Assembly: GCA_963715865.1 (NCBI GenBank)
Contig: OY970280.1
Location: 2,290,844-2,354,843 of the forward strand
Origin: Candidatus Bathyarchaeota archaeon
Lineage (GTDB): Archaea; Thermoproteota; Bathyarchaeia; Bathyarchaeales; Bathycorpusculaceae
Direction of reading: 5' to 3'
Length of the DNA stretch: 64,000 bases
The translations under genes and the position numbers were made by a program. Positions 9,785 to 19,871 of the stretch are shown here, piece by piece (the first letter of the stretch is position 1; each line of letters opens with the position of its first letter). A model generated the notes under the pieces. That model was not told the DNA's origin. It saw only the letters and a list, made by a program, of their open reading frames with translations, and did not search any database.

Positions 9785-10603
9785 TTACTGTTCAACGATG
9801 GCTTTTCCACCATTCGCCTCAACCAAAATGGCAAGCTGCCTCACGGCTTTTAGAAGCTTTTCCGCAGGCTTTTCTTTATTTTTGGCTGTAACAGTTAAGT
9901 GAATCTCGATATGAGGCTTATTTTCTACACCCAAAGGATGAGACTTTATGTAAACACCCGCATTACCACTCATGACTTTGTCGATTAATGGAGCTAAATG
10001 CGATTCCATCATGTTATCCACAAACATGCTTCTTTCACAAAAAACCCTGTCGCCAACGGCTTGTTTAAGCAACGACGCTATAGTTTCCGTAAAAATCGCT
10101 TCCATTTCTGAAGGTACACCTGGCAAAGCAAACAACACCGTTCCTTCCACATCGACGCGTACTCCGGGTGCAGTTCCAATTGGGTTGTTGATTGGTTCTG
10201 TTTTTTCCGGTAAGGTTGCCATTTTGACTCTGGCTGGTGTTAATTCAATTGATGTTGGGAGTTGCCTTTTTCTGGCATATTCCACGTATTTTCCCTTAAC
10301 CATTGCTAACGCTTTCTGGTTGATTTCCAATTTGCGGTTTAGTGCTTTTGCTATGCCCTCTAACGTTTTATCGTCAAAAGTCGGCCCTAACCCGCCAGTT
10401 GTAATTATGAACTGCGGCTTTCGCTCTATGGCTTCGCGAATAATATTAGCTATTTCGTCAACAAGATCTTGTACTACTGTTATTCGCTTAACGTTTACTC
10501 CAAGATTTGTTGCCTGTTTAGACAGCCAATGAGCGTTTGTATTAAGTGTCTTGCCTATTAGTAACTCGTTGCCTACACAGATTATTTCCATGGCTGTGGC
10601 CAT
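9785..10603 (-). CDS. CinA-like (MoeA-domain) competence/damage-inducible protein; probable start 10603 or 10591 rather than 10669
   Basis: EIICVGNELLIG...NTN, TTGGLGPTFDDKT, NPIGTAPG and LPGVPSEM motifs; no PncC domain. Confidence 0.88.
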   Translation of the reverse strand: MATAMEIICVGNELLIGKTLNTNAHWLSKQATNLGVNVKRITVVQDLVDEIANIIREAIERKPQFIITTGGLGPTFDDKTLEGIAKALNRKLEINQKALAMVKGKYVEYARKRQLPTSIELTPARVKMATLPEKTEPINNPIGTAPGVRVDVEGTVLFALPGVPSEMEAIFTETIASLLKQAVGDRVFCERSMFVDNMMESHLAPLIDKVMSGNAGVYIKSHPLGVENKPHIEIHLTVTAKNKEKPAEKLLKAVRQLAILVEANGGKAIVEQ

Positions 10604-10697
10604 AGCATTCACATCGCGGGTCAAGTAACCGAAAATTATTCTTTTGTTGTTTATAGTGTTTGCTAACAAAACGTGTATAATACTTGGCTGAGCGGTT

Positions 10698-10901
10698 TTA
10701 TTTCTTGCTAAGCCACCATTTGAGGTATTCTTTTCTGCGGTTTTCTTTCTCTTCTTCCTCTGTTTCTTCGCTTGGCCTATTCTTTTCGCGTAGTTCCATG
10801 AGTTCTTGCTGTGTCACTGATAAGCCGCAGCTTTTGCAAACATAGTGTTTGGTGGACATAACGTACTGCATTTCTCCGCCGCATTCAGGACAATATATCA
10901 T
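10698..10901 (-). CDS. Small zinc-finger protein
   Basis: CPECGG...CKSCG followed by a charged helix. Confidence 0.75.
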   Translation of the reverse strand: MIYCPECGGEMQYVMSTKHYVCKSCGLSVTQQELMELREKNRPSEETEEEEKENRRKEYLKWWLSKK

Positions 10902-10999
10902 TCTATAGTCTCTCAGGGAAGTTTTATAGTAAATCGCTTTTGCAAAGATATTAGTCTTCGCATAGGTTTGAGTAATTTTAGCCTAAAAACTAGTGGCTC

Positions 11000-12043
11000 T
11001 TAGACGTGAGTGTACACTCTGTCACTCGTGTATTTTCCCGTATCCATTTCCTGCTCGATTTCACGCAAAAGCAAAATGCGCTTAAACGTCGGCGGGTGGG
11101 TAGAAAACAAACTGTTCATTTGGTGCCATGTGCTTTTGGATTCTTTCTCCATCGCTAATTCCAACTCACGCTCGTCCAAAACCCCATCGTGGTCTAAGTC
11201 GTACTCGTCTTTATGCTCCATGATGTGCTGGATTTCCTGTTTTGCTGCTGCTGGGTCTTCAATGTAGAATGCTCTGGCTCCTTCCGGCGCTTTGGGTGAG
11301 AGGGATAAGCCATAAGTGATTTTTGCCAAGGCACTTTCCAGTTCTCTAGGTGAACCTGTCACGTAAGCGGAGTAGGCATCAGCATAGTGTTCGCGAAGTC
11401 GGCTAAGTCTCATGACAATCAGGAATGTTAAAATGTAAATTATAAAGGCGATTACGCCGATTACAATTAATGCCGCACCTGAATTATCTTTACTGTTTCT
11501 TCGTCCACCGCTAAATGCACCTGCATATAGCGTTGCCTGTGCGATGAAGTATGCGATTAATGGCAAGGCTGAGAGCACAGTCATAACGATGTAATCTTTA
11601 TGTTTAACGTGGCCTAACTCGTGAGCTATTACACCTTTAACTTCGTTTTCATTTAACTGCTTGAGGAGCCCTTCATGCACGGCTAAGGTGGCGCTGCTTG
11701 TGCTTCTGCCAAAAGTAAACGCGTTAGGGGTATTATTTGGAACTGTGGCTAACTTGGGCATGGGTAACCCGCTTTTGTCGGCTATTTCTTTAACTGTTTT
11801 TTCAAGCCATGGGTTCTCGCCAGGTTTAAGGTAATGCAGATGTGTTGTGGCTGCAACAATGGCTGGACCTACTGCATACTGGAATAGTATGAAGAGTGCT
11901 GAACCGCCCAAAGCAACAGCTAAACCAATAAAAACATCCAGTTGCAAGAAGAAAACAATTGCAAAAACGAGAAGACCAAATATGAAGGCTGATAAGAAAA
12001 TCGAAAGCGCCATTGCAAACTTTAATTGTGACAGACTAGCCAA
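11000..12043 (-). CDS. htpX: HtpX/M48 membrane zinc metalloprotease with an EF-hand-like loop
   Basis: PNAF, AHELGH (HExxH), SRLREHYAD and STHPP motifs, TM segments; contains the insertion DLDHDGVLDERE. Confidence 0.93.
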   Translation of the reverse strand: MASLSQLKFAMALSIFLSAFIFGLLVFAIVFFLQLDVFIGLAVALGGSALFILFQYAVGPAIVAATTHLHYLKPGENPWLEKTVKEIADKSGLPMPKLATVPNNTPNAFTFGRSTSSATLAVHEGLLKQLNENEVKGVIAHELGHVKHKDYIVMTVLSALPLIAYFIAQATLYAGAFSGGRRNSKDNSGAALIVIGVIAFIIYILTFLIVMRLSRLREHYADAYSAYVTGSPRELESALAKITYGLSLSPKAPEGARAFYIEDPAAAKQEIQHIMEHKDEYDLDHDGVLDERELELAMEKESKSTWHQMNSLFSTHPPTFKRILLLREIEQEMDTGKYTSDRVYTHV

Positions 12044-12153
12044 CTTTATGCCCTCCCGTAGTTTTCACAAGTACTAAAATAAAGAATTAAGTCTTTCTCA
12101 AAAAATTCACAAGAAACTGCATGAATTTTCAAACAAAAGAATAAAAAGAAAAT

Positions 12154-13164
12154 TTAGATTGGGTAAGCTCCGCAAATCTTGCAGAACTGAATCTTTGTTT
12201 TCACATAGCTTTTGCATTTTGGGCACTGTATTCCGCCGTTGTCTGGAAAGACGTCTTTTGGTTTGCCAAACTTCTTGCGGAAATGCTCGTAGTATAGTAG
12301 TTGTTCTTTGTCTTGGATTTCCACGTCATCTTTTTCTTTTATTGCCTTCTTTTTCTCTGCAAAATCCTTGTCAGAAATCATGTCGTTGAAGTATGTTCTG
12401 AGCGTTTCTGTTCCTGTACCCTGTTCAAGTGGCGCTTTTGATCTCCAAATAATATCTTTAGGTATCACGTCCTCGTATGCCTTGCGAAGAATCCATTTGC
12501 TGTATTTTACGCCGTTGTACATGTTTATCTTAAATTTGATGGGGAGTTTCTTTGCCCAATCCATAAACAAGGGATCCATGTAAGGTGCCTTGATAGTCAC
12601 TCCAAGAGACTCTGCCATGGGTAATGAAGAGAAACCCATCTCTGCCCACATTTCCTGCTGCTTCTGTGCAAATTCTTTTTCGGTCAGGTGAAATTGCCAT
12701 GGGTAACCGAAAAGCTCGTCTAAAGCGTCGCCTGTGAATACGCTTTTTATTCCTTTATCTTTAAAGATGGTTAAACCAATGTACACTGGTAAGCTGTTTC
12801 TGATTTCCATAGGGTCGAATTTTTTGAGTGCTTCAACAACTTTTGGGTAATATTTGAGTACTTCTTCGCGGTCAAACTGGTGGGTTTCATGTTTAAGCTT
12901 TAAGAGAGCAACCATTTTCTTCACGTATTCGGTGTCTTTGGGGGTTCCATGCTTGAAAGCTAAAGTGAGGCATGGAATGTCAGGTTTGTACTTTACTGCT
13001 TCATAAGCAATTATTTGGGTGTCTGTTCCAGCTGAAAACAAGAAGCCGTCAGCCATGTTTTTTTTGACAACTTTGTTTACTAAGGTTTTTACTTCTGGTA
13101 AGAGGTTGGTGTATTCTGATGGGTTTAGGGTCATTTTTTTCCCTCGCAATACATTGTTTGTCAT
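12154..13164 (-). CDS. Asparagine-synthase C-terminal-domain-only protein with a C-terminal zinc ribbon
   Basis: Divergent PP-loop LFSAGTDT, TGDALDELFGY, KWILRKAY and WRSKAPLEQGTG; ends CPKC...CKICGAYP; no Ntn glutaminase domain. Confidence 0.85.
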   Translation of the reverse strand: MTNNVLRGKKMTLNPSEYTNLLPEVKTLVNKVVKKNMADGFLFSAGTDTQIIAYEAVKYKPDIPCLTLAFKHGTPKDTEYVKKMVALLKLKHETHQFDREEVLKYYPKVVEALKKFDPMEIRNSLPVYIGLTIFKDKGIKSVFTGDALDELFGYPWQFHLTEKEFAQKQQEMWAEMGFSSLPMAESLGVTIKAPYMDPLFMDWAKKLPIKFKINMYNGVKYSKWILRKAYEDVIPKDIIWRSKAPLEQGTGTETLRTYFNDMISDKDFAEKKKAIKEKDDVEIQDKEQLLYYEHFRKKFGKPKDVFPDNGGIQCPKCKSYVKTKIQFCKICGAYPI

Positions 13165-13366
13165 CCATCCACTATTTAAAGGTTATCCGTATGCATACAA
13201 AAGCTAAAAAATAATAAACATCTGTGTTGAAAGTGAGCAAAATACTGAACAGACGAGGTCTCATAACGAAAAAATATCCATTAGCCTCAAAACAGCACAT
13301 TTAAAAGTTCAAAACTGAAAGTCATAAACACAACCGCTCAAACACATTCAAAAGAGGATTCACCCC

Positions 13367-14119
13367 TTGAAAACAAGCCTACTCCACATGAAAGTACGCA
13401 ATTCCTTAGAAAACAATCTAAAGGCAGCCGAAGCAGCAATCCGCAAAGCCGCCAAGCAAAAACCAGCATTGATCGCTCTCCCAGAATACTTCGCTGTTCC
13501 AGGATGCATGGAAGACTTTATCTCAGCACAAAGTGTATCAAAAGAAACTTGCGTAGAAACCCTGAATTTTCTGGAGGAAATTTCTAAGCAGATACCTGAT
13601 ATTTATCTTCTCGGCGGTACAGTGCTTGAAGAAGACAGCGGAAAATATTACAATACGAGCACTTTATGGAAAAATGGTTCCCTTTTAGCCAAATACAAAA
13701 AGATAAACCCTATCAAAGCTGAAATTAAAGCTGGCGTTGCCAAAGGCGCCCAACCCGTTGTCGTCAATACAGAAATTGGCAAAATCGGCCTTTTGGTTTG
13801 TGCTGACATGTTTGACGCTGACCTTGTAAAACAAACTGCCGATTTAGGGGCTGAAATAATTTCCCTTCCAGTCGCAGCGATGGGTACTCATCCAAGTGTT
13901 AAGGGTCACCCGTTAACTGAGAAGGTTGCTTTGGATAATGGCTTGTTTGTGCTTAAAGTTGGGAACGTGTGCTCAAGCATGAGGGGTGGAAGAAGCGCAA
14001 TCATTGCTCCATGGGGCATACTTGGCGAAGTGTCCGATGCGCCTGAAGATTCGATACTAACCGCAGACCTTGACATGCAACGGCTCAGAGAATACAGGAG
14101 AAAACTCAGTAAATCTTAG
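13367..14119 (+). CDS. Carbon-nitrogen hydrolase (nitrilase superfamily)
   Basis: Catalytic triad context LPEY / YKKIN / VCADM; GRSAIIAPWG. Confidence 0.92.
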   Translation: MKTSLLHMKVRNSLENNLKAAEAAIRKAAKQKPALIALPEYFAVPGCMEDFISAQSVSKETCVETLNFLEEISKQIPDIYLLGGTVLEEDSGKYYNTSTLWKNGSLLAKYKKINPIKAEIKAGVAKGAQPVVVNTEIGKIGLLVCADMFDADLVKQTADLGAEIISLPVAAMGTHPSVKGHPLTEKVALDNGLFVLKVGNVCSSMRGGRSAIIAPWGILGEVSDAPEDSILTADLDMQRLREYRRKLSKS

Positions 14120-14990
14120 CCCAATTATCAACGATTCGGCTCATTTCCTCAAACTTGTACTTTTCAAGCCAGCTCCGAAAATCAGTGTTTTGGACAGCAA
14201 ACCTGCAGATTTGTTTAGCGTTCTCTGAGTCGTGCACTAAAAGAAGCACTGCATCCAGCTTGTGCCTGGAAACGTAAGCTAACGTTTTCAATAGCGCATC
14301 CATTTTCTCGTCGGTTGGCATTTCAGCGCTTAATTCTAAAACAACAGGCTTCTTTAATGATGCTGCAAAGTCTCTTGCTAGCATGTCCACCCAGTACATA
14401 GTCAAATAATCTCTCGACGAAAGTGGCACATGGAAATAATCAACAAACTCCGCTATCGCATTTAAGTCTAAGCCGAATCTTTCTTTAGCAAGCACTGGGT
14501 CAGGGTAAATTTCAACCGCAAAAGTCTGCTTTACCCGCGCTCTGGCTTCTTGGACGAATTTTGTTATTGTTTGGGCTCTCCACTGTGTCCAGTTAAAGCC
14601 GCTTTGTTTCCATAGTTCTACGCATCTGGGGCAAACGCAGAATTCTTGGTCCGGAAAGTGGTAGAGGTTCAAGGTTACGCCCATAATATTTTGTTTGCTT
14701 AGGCTTTCGATGTAGTCTAAAACTTTGGTTCTGTATTGAGTGTTCGTTGGGCAAACAAAATCAAAAGCCAAATTAGCTCTCCTATTTCTCCGCAACGCTG
14801 AACCAGTGTTTGAGACAGCGACTATGCTCGGATCTTCCCTGATGGCTTTAGCATCGCAAAACACGGTAACATCGTTCTGCATGCCTTTTGCGGCTGGAAA
14901 AACTTGTCCGTCTACCCATTTTGAGTAGTAAACGTGAAGGTCGAAGCCTTCGACTTTTTCTGGGGTGTATGTGACTAAGCCTACTTTCAT
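14106..14990 (-). CDS. Uncharacterised glycoside-hydrolase-like (GHL10-like) TIM-barrel protein with a CxCxxC motif
   Basis: FVCPTN, FCVCPRC, W..WR..IT.FV and PDP...RFG.D...VDYF motifs; paralog of 16703-17602. Confidence 0.6.
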   Translation of the reverse strand: MKVGLVTYTPEKVEGFDLHVYYSKWVDGQVFPAAKGMQNDVTVFCDAKAIREDPSIVAVSNTGSALRRNRRANLAFDFVCPTNTQYRTKVLDYIESLSKQNIMGVTLNLYHFPDQEFCVCPRCVELWKQSGFNWTQWRAQTITKFVQEARARVKQTFAVEIYPDPVLAKERFGLDLNAIAEFVDYFHVPLSSRDYLTMYWVDMLARDFAASLKKPVVLELSAEMPTDEKMDALLKTLAYVSRHKLDAVLLLVHDSENAKQICRFAVQNTDFRSWLEKYKFEEMSRIVDNWAKIY

Positions 14991-15039
14991 GTTCTCTTAC
15001 CAGATGCGCGCAACAAATATATTCTTGGCGCTTATTTAA

Positions 15040-15267
15040 TTGTTGATTCGCATGGACAAGCAGCATAAATCATTTATCGTCATTGACACCGCTAAATGTG
15101 CCCCCTGCCCAGGGCTTATCTGTGTTGGCGTTTGCCCGCAGGGTGTTTTAGAGGAGGGTAAAAACAAAAAACCCCAAGCCATTGATGGCGTACCATGCAC
15201 TCGATGCGGCGTCTGCGTAAACCTGTGTCCAGCGAAAGCTATTACTATAAATTCAGGCAAGCCCTAA
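15040..15267 (+). CDS. 2x[4Fe-4S] ferredoxin
   Basis: CAPCPGLICVGVCP and CTRCGVCVNLCP. Confidence 0.9.
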   Translation: MLIRMDKQHKSFIVIDTAKCAPCPGLICVGVCPQGVLEEGKNKKPQAIDGVPCTRCGVCVNLCPAKAITINSGKP

Positions 15268-15287
15268 AAAGAAAATAGCTCGGGGGA

Positions 15288-16334
15288 TTGGCTGGCATGG
15301 AACAATTTAACCTTGCGGATAGCGTTAAACTAGTCATAAAAGATAATGTGCTAGCCGTATTATCTGATAAAGGCTTAATGACGGTTGGTTCAGCAATTTT
15401 TAACGGTGGCTTCAGTCAGGTTAAGGCTGTTCTTAACGTGGGCGTGCCAGAAGGATATAATGACCGCTCCCTGCACCTTGACCCGCTAGCTCTCATTACC
15501 TCGTCTGCGGCGAAGCTTGGGTTAACTAAGGATTATCTTGCTATGGTCACGGCTGCGAAGGTTAAAAATTACAGTTTAGTTACAAAGAAAGCTGGCGATT
15601 TTTCAGTCAGCGTTGCCGCTACCGCAGGCTGCTCGCACGGCGAATCCTCAGGCGAAGAGATGGATGTTCAAGAAATCATAGGCACCATAAACATCATCGT
15701 CTTAATTGACGGGAACCCAACGGAAAGCTGCATGGTGGCTTCACTAATCACAGCCACTGAAGCGAAGTCGGCAGCGCTGAGAGATTTTGATGTTCGAAGC
15801 AGGTACACTGGTGACTCAGCTACTGGCTCAATAACCGACAGTGTCACTGTGGCATCAACCAGCCATGGCAAAACAATTGGCTATGGCGGTCCAGCGTCAA
15901 AACTGGGCAAATTGGTCGGGTATTGCACAAGGAAAGCTGTTACTGAAGCTTTAATCAAGCAGGAGCCAATTTGGGCTTGCCGAACAGTATTAGATAGGCT
16001 CAAAGAAAGGCATCTTCCGCTTGAGAAAATAGCCGCAGAATTATCAAAAGTCGATGGTTTAGCCGTTGATGAGAAGGCTTTAGCTGAGATTTTGAAGAAC
16101 AAACCGCTTGCTAGCGCTTATTTGCTCGCGGCGGCAAAGCTGGATGACGATTTTAAAAAGAACCTGTTGCCCGCCGAGTTGGGGAAAGTGGATGAGTTAA
16201 GTAAATGCTTTGGCAACCTTGCCCGCTGTCAGCTGGATTGCTCTAAAGTGGCAGGTTACGATTCGGTTGATTTGCCTCCGTTCCTGAAACATGCTTTAAT
16301 CAATATCGTGAAGGAAGCTCTTTCCAAGAGTTAA
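15288..16334 (+). CDS. cbiZ: Adenosylcobinamide amidohydrolase CbiZ with a C-terminal extension
   Basis: SAIFNGG, MVTAA, GTINIIV and ATEAKSAAL...ATGSITDSV motifs. Confidence 0.85.
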   Translation: MAGMEQFNLADSVKLVIKDNVLAVLSDKGLMTVGSAIFNGGFSQVKAVLNVGVPEGYNDRSLHLDPLALITSSAAKLGLTKDYLAMVTAAKVKNYSLVTKKAGDFSVSVAATAGCSHGESSGEEMDVQEIIGTINIIVLIDGNPTESCMVASLITATEAKSAALRDFDVRSRYTGDSATGSITDSVTVASTSHGKTIGYGGPASKLGKLVGYCTRKAVTEALIKQEPIWACRTVLDRLKERHLPLEKIAAELSKVDGLAVDEKALAEILKNKPLASAYLLAAAKLDDDFKKNLLPAELGKVDELSKCFGNLARCQLDCSKVAGYDSVDLPPFLKHALINIVKEALSKS

Positions 16335-16496
16335 CTATGTTAATTTTCTAACATTACACGTTAGGGCAAGCGTGACGGTTTGTCTTGTGGTATTAAGTGC
16401 ATTGGGGAATAGAGATTCAAAGGCTAGATATGTTCGATGGCCTAAAAGTTTTGTTCAAACAATCCAGCCAGTTAAAAGAAAGTTTGCGCCCGAAAA

Positions 16497-16554
16497 GACT
16501 ATAGTAGTATAGTCAAAGTGAGTCCTAGCACCAAAGTTATAACTATTGGGCTAG
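16497..16554. promoter_or_regulatory. Two adjacent palindromes upstream of 16703
   Basis: GACTATA-gtag-TATAGTC (16497-16514) and CTAGC-accaa-AGTTATAACT-attgg-GCTAG (16525-16554). Confidence 0.4.
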
Positions 16555-16702
16555 TTCAAAATGTTTTGTGCATAAAGGAGAAGTATCTAGCTGACTTTCA
16601 AAAGTGCAAAATTGAAAAGTTGGCTTGACAAACTGAAAAGACTTAAATAACCTGCAATTTTATTCGGTTATAAAAACGAGAGTTAAAATGGGGAATTAAA
16701 CT

Positions 16703-17602
16703 TTGAAATTCGGCGTATTTCTCTATCAACCTGAGCCTGTTGAAGGCGTCGATTATAACTTCTACCGCATAAAACCAGAATCAGGAACCGTGGGGAAACC
16801 AAACCCTAAAATGTACACTAACATCGCATGCTTCGGCGACAACGCCCTAGCAGCAAAACGTCCCGAATTGATATCAATCTCTAAGGATGGTCCTGCTCTC
16901 CGCACGAACAAGAAGTACACTTTGCGCTGGGACGTTCTATGCATGACAAACCCTGAAGTAAGAGAGTACAACCTTAAACTAATAGCCGAATGCGCCAAAA
17001 CAACACCGGGCATAAGCATCAGCAGCCAACACTTTGCTGAACGCGACTTCTGCGTTTGCCCACGCTGCGTTGAACAGTGGCGCCAGAGCGGTTTGAACTG
17101 GGTTGATTGGAGAGCAAAAACCGTAACGGAATTCCTCAAAGAAGTCCGAGACGTAGTTAAAAATAAGCCTTTATTCGTAAACTGCCTGCCTGACCCGTTG
17201 CTTGGCAAAGTACGATTCGGCTACGACTTCGAAGCCATGGCACAGTACGCTGACTACTTCGTCATCCCAATGTTCAGCAAGTCTTACCCGACCCCGTGGT
17301 ACTGGGAAACCATCGCAAGAGGCTACAAAAGCTTCCTCAAAAAACCAGTATTCGTAAACTTCTACGTCCGAGGTCCAAACGAAACATGGGAAACAGTCGC
17401 ACCCCACAGGCAAATAATGACGGTTGCCACAAGAGCAGCAAGAACAGGCATCGACGGAGTCATATTCCTAGCAGAAAAAGCCCAATGGATACAGGAGTTC
17501 CAAAAGAAAGTCGTCGCCGACAAAGAATGGCGAAAAGAACTCGAAGGCTACGGCGGCGATGAAGTATTGGAACTCTTCAACAGATGGGAAAAACTCTTCT
17601 AA
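16703..17602 (+). CDS. Uncharacterised glycoside-hydrolase-like TIM-barrel protein with a CxCxxC motif (paralog of 14106-14990)
   Basis: VLCMTNPEVR, FCVCPRC, WVDWRAKTVTEF and PDP...RFGYD...ADYFVIPM motifs. Confidence 0.6.
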   Translation: MKFGVFLYQPEPVEGVDYNFYRIKPESGTVGKPNPKMYTNIACFGDNALAAKRPELISISKDGPALRTNKKYTLRWDVLCMTNPEVREYNLKLIAECAKTTPGISISSQHFAERDFCVCPRCVEQWRQSGLNWVDWRAKTVTEFLKEVRDVVKNKPLFVNCLPDPLLGKVRFGYDFEAMAQYADYFVIPMFSKSYPTPWYWETIARGYKSFLKKPVFVNFYVRGPNETWETVAPHRQIMTVATRAARTGIDGVIFLAEKAQWIQEFQKKVVADKEWRKELEGYGGDEVLELFNRWEKLF

Positions 17603-18087
17603 AAACTTCCCAACCAATATTTTTTGCTTTGTAATTTTAACTATTTGTTTTTCTTCTAATCCATATGTTGCCTGGTCCTTGAGAGTCATCTTTATGGTGC
17701 TTTCGGTCGAACTCTTTATTTTAGAACGCTTCACTAAATAAAAGCATAAATCACCATCCTAACAGGTTACGCTTCAACTTTTGGCAGTAAAACAAGCTAA
17801 TAATTGATGCTTCTGCATGGAATTACCACTTTTTGCTCCTAGAAAACAACCAAACAGTGCCCTATGGCAGAGCATTGCGTTGCCAGGGTGAAACCTTCAA
17901 AATGCTGACAACAGCAGAGAGGGATAGGGATACCCTAATATTTGTTGACAGAAATCAACAACAAAAATGCAATGCAGAAGTGCAATCCTTCCTCATTATG
18001 CTGCTTTAGTATTGGGTTATTTTATTTAGAAACCTATATAATGCATCTTAACGTCTAACCACTCACTACAAAAGGGCGAATACACCA

Positions 18088-19473
18088 GTGAAAATTACTC
18101 TCATCAACCCCCCATACCCGCCAAACGTACATTCGCATCCACCCTTCATTCCACTAGGCATAGCTTACCTTGGCGCAGTAGCTGAAAAAGAGGGGCATGA
18201 AGTAAACGTTATCGATTGCCAAGCGGAAAGGCTCACTTATGATACTTTCCGACAGAGAATTAGCCAGCTCAACCCCGACATCATCGGAGCAACAGCCACA
18301 ACACTCCTCTACAAATCAGCCATGAAGCTAATCAACATAGCTAAAGAAACACACCCACAAGCAATAACAATGCTCGGCGGAAGTCACGGAACCTTCTGGG
18401 ATGAAAACGCACTCAAAGAATACCCCAACCTAGACATCGTCGTACGAAGAGAAGGCGAAATCACCTTCATAGAGCTACTCAGCCAACTCCAAACCAACAG
18501 CAGCCTCAAAGACGTTTTAGGCATAACCTTCCGCCAAAAAGACGACACAATAGTACGCACACAAGACAGACCATTCACCCAAGACTTAGACGCACTGCCC
18601 TTCCCAGCACACCACCTTCTCCCACTCGACTCGCTAAAACGAATGGGCAAAATCCTCTTCCCACTAATCACCAGCCGCGGATGCGTCTACTGGTGCGACT
18701 TCTGCAGCACTGTGCGCATGTTCGGCAGAGGATACCGCATGCGAAGCCCCAAAAACGTCGTCGACGAAATGCAACTCATCCACGACAAATATAACGTCAA
18801 CCAAGTAACATTTTACGATGACGCCTTCACAGTCAACCGCGACCGCGTCCTAAAAATCTGCGAAGAACTCCACGCTCGGAAGCTCGACATGATTTGGGAT
18901 TGTGGAACACGCGTAGATATGGTTGACCGTGAGCTACTCAAAACCATGCGCGACGCAGGATGCATAGCAGTTTGGCTAGGAGTAGAATCAGGCTCAGAAG
19001 CCATTTTAGGCGCAATGAACAAAAAAATAAAGCTTGACCAAACACGCCTAGCCTACAAAACAGCGCACAACGTAGGGTTAATGACGATTGCTAACGTAGT
19101 CTTGGGCTTTCCAGGTGAGACAGAACAAACAGCGCGGGAAACTATCCGCTTCGTCAAAGAATTAAACCCAGACGATGTCGGATTCTACGTCGCCACACCA
19201 TACCCTGGAACACCCATGTACGAGCAAGTTAAGAAAAACGGTTGGCTACGCGTCACCGACTTCGACAAATACGACACAGCAGGACCAACATTCGAAACCC
19301 CATGGCTAAGCATGGAAAAACTTGCACAAATCCGCTACAAAGCCTACCAACAATTCTACCTGCGACCAGGATACGTGTTTAAGATGATGCGCAAAGGCGG
19401 AACATACGGCATCTCAGCAGTAAAAACTTCAGGTGCTTACTTGCTCAGGGCTTTGCACGTGAAGCTCTCTTAA
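18088..19473 (+). CDS. Cobalamin-binding radical SAM enzyme (1 of 7)
   Basis: N-terminal B12 domain (LINPP, PLGIAYL, GGSH); SRGCVYWCDFC; GVESGS. Confidence 0.93.
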   Translation: MKITLINPPYPPNVHSHPPFIPLGIAYLGAVAEKEGHEVNVIDCQAERLTYDTFRQRISQLNPDIIGATATTLLYKSAMKLINIAKETHPQAITMLGGSHGTFWDENALKEYPNLDIVVRREGEITFIELLSQLQTNSSLKDVLGITFRQKDDTIVRTQDRPFTQDLDALPFPAHHLLPLDSLKRMGKILFPLITSRGCVYWCDFCSTVRMFGRGYRMRSPKNVVDEMQLIHDKYNVNQVTFYDDAFTVNRDRVLKICEELHARKLDMIWDCGTRVDMVDRELLKTMRDAGCIAVWLGVESGSEAILGAMNKKIKLDQTRLAYKTAHNVGLMTIANVVLGFPGETEQTARETIRFVKELNPDDVGFYVATPYPGTPMYEQVKKNGWLRVTDFDKYDTAGPTFETPWLSMEKLAQIRYKAYQQFYLRPGYVFKMMRKGGTYGISAVKTSGAYLLRALHVKLS

Positions 19474-19737
19474 TTTTCTTATAAATACGACTACTGCAAA
19501 GACTAACACAAGTACGCTAAGAGAAATTGTTATTGAAGTGAAGTTCATCCCGATAGGTGAGAGACCTAAGAATAAGCCTACAAGCCCATCTAAGCCAAAA
19601 CTTAATGCAACAGACAACACTATTTCTTCTACAAAATCAAGCTTGTTTCTATTCATAAACAAAATGTTAACTAAACAGTAACCTGGCAAAAATGCGACAA
19701 AAACAAAACCGAAAACATAACGAAAAACAACAAGCAA
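19429..19737 (-). CDS. DUF1616-like small membrane protein (frame stays open about 28 codons upstream, possible CTG start near 19821)
   Basis: FLPGYCL...LF...EEIVLSVALS...GLFL...PIG hydrophobic pattern. Confidence 0.65.
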   Translation of the reverse strand: MLVVFRYVFGFVFVAFLPGYCLVNILFMNRNKLDFVEEIVLSVALSFGLDGLVGLFLGLSPIGMNFTSITISLSVLVLVFAVVVFIRKLRELHVQSPEQVST

Positions 19738-19871
19738 CGAGTCGCTTGGAATAAGATAAGTTACAAGTAACGTTAAAGCGGTGAAACCAGCAATAATTTC
19801 AAACCATCTAAGCGGTTTCAGTTTATAGACACTTCAAAAAATTAAAACAATAAAAAATAAAGGAAGGAGTT

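Noticed and set aside
12102-12129. Inverted repeat AAAATTCA-N12-TGAATTTT before htpX
   Set aside because: It is AT-rich and single-copy, and I cannot tell an operator from a terminator or chance.
16335-18087. Possible cobalamin riboswitch in the long gaps near cbiZ and the first B12 enzyme
   Set aside because: The conserved B12-box and GGGAA/ACTG elements were not found; only short hairpins are present.
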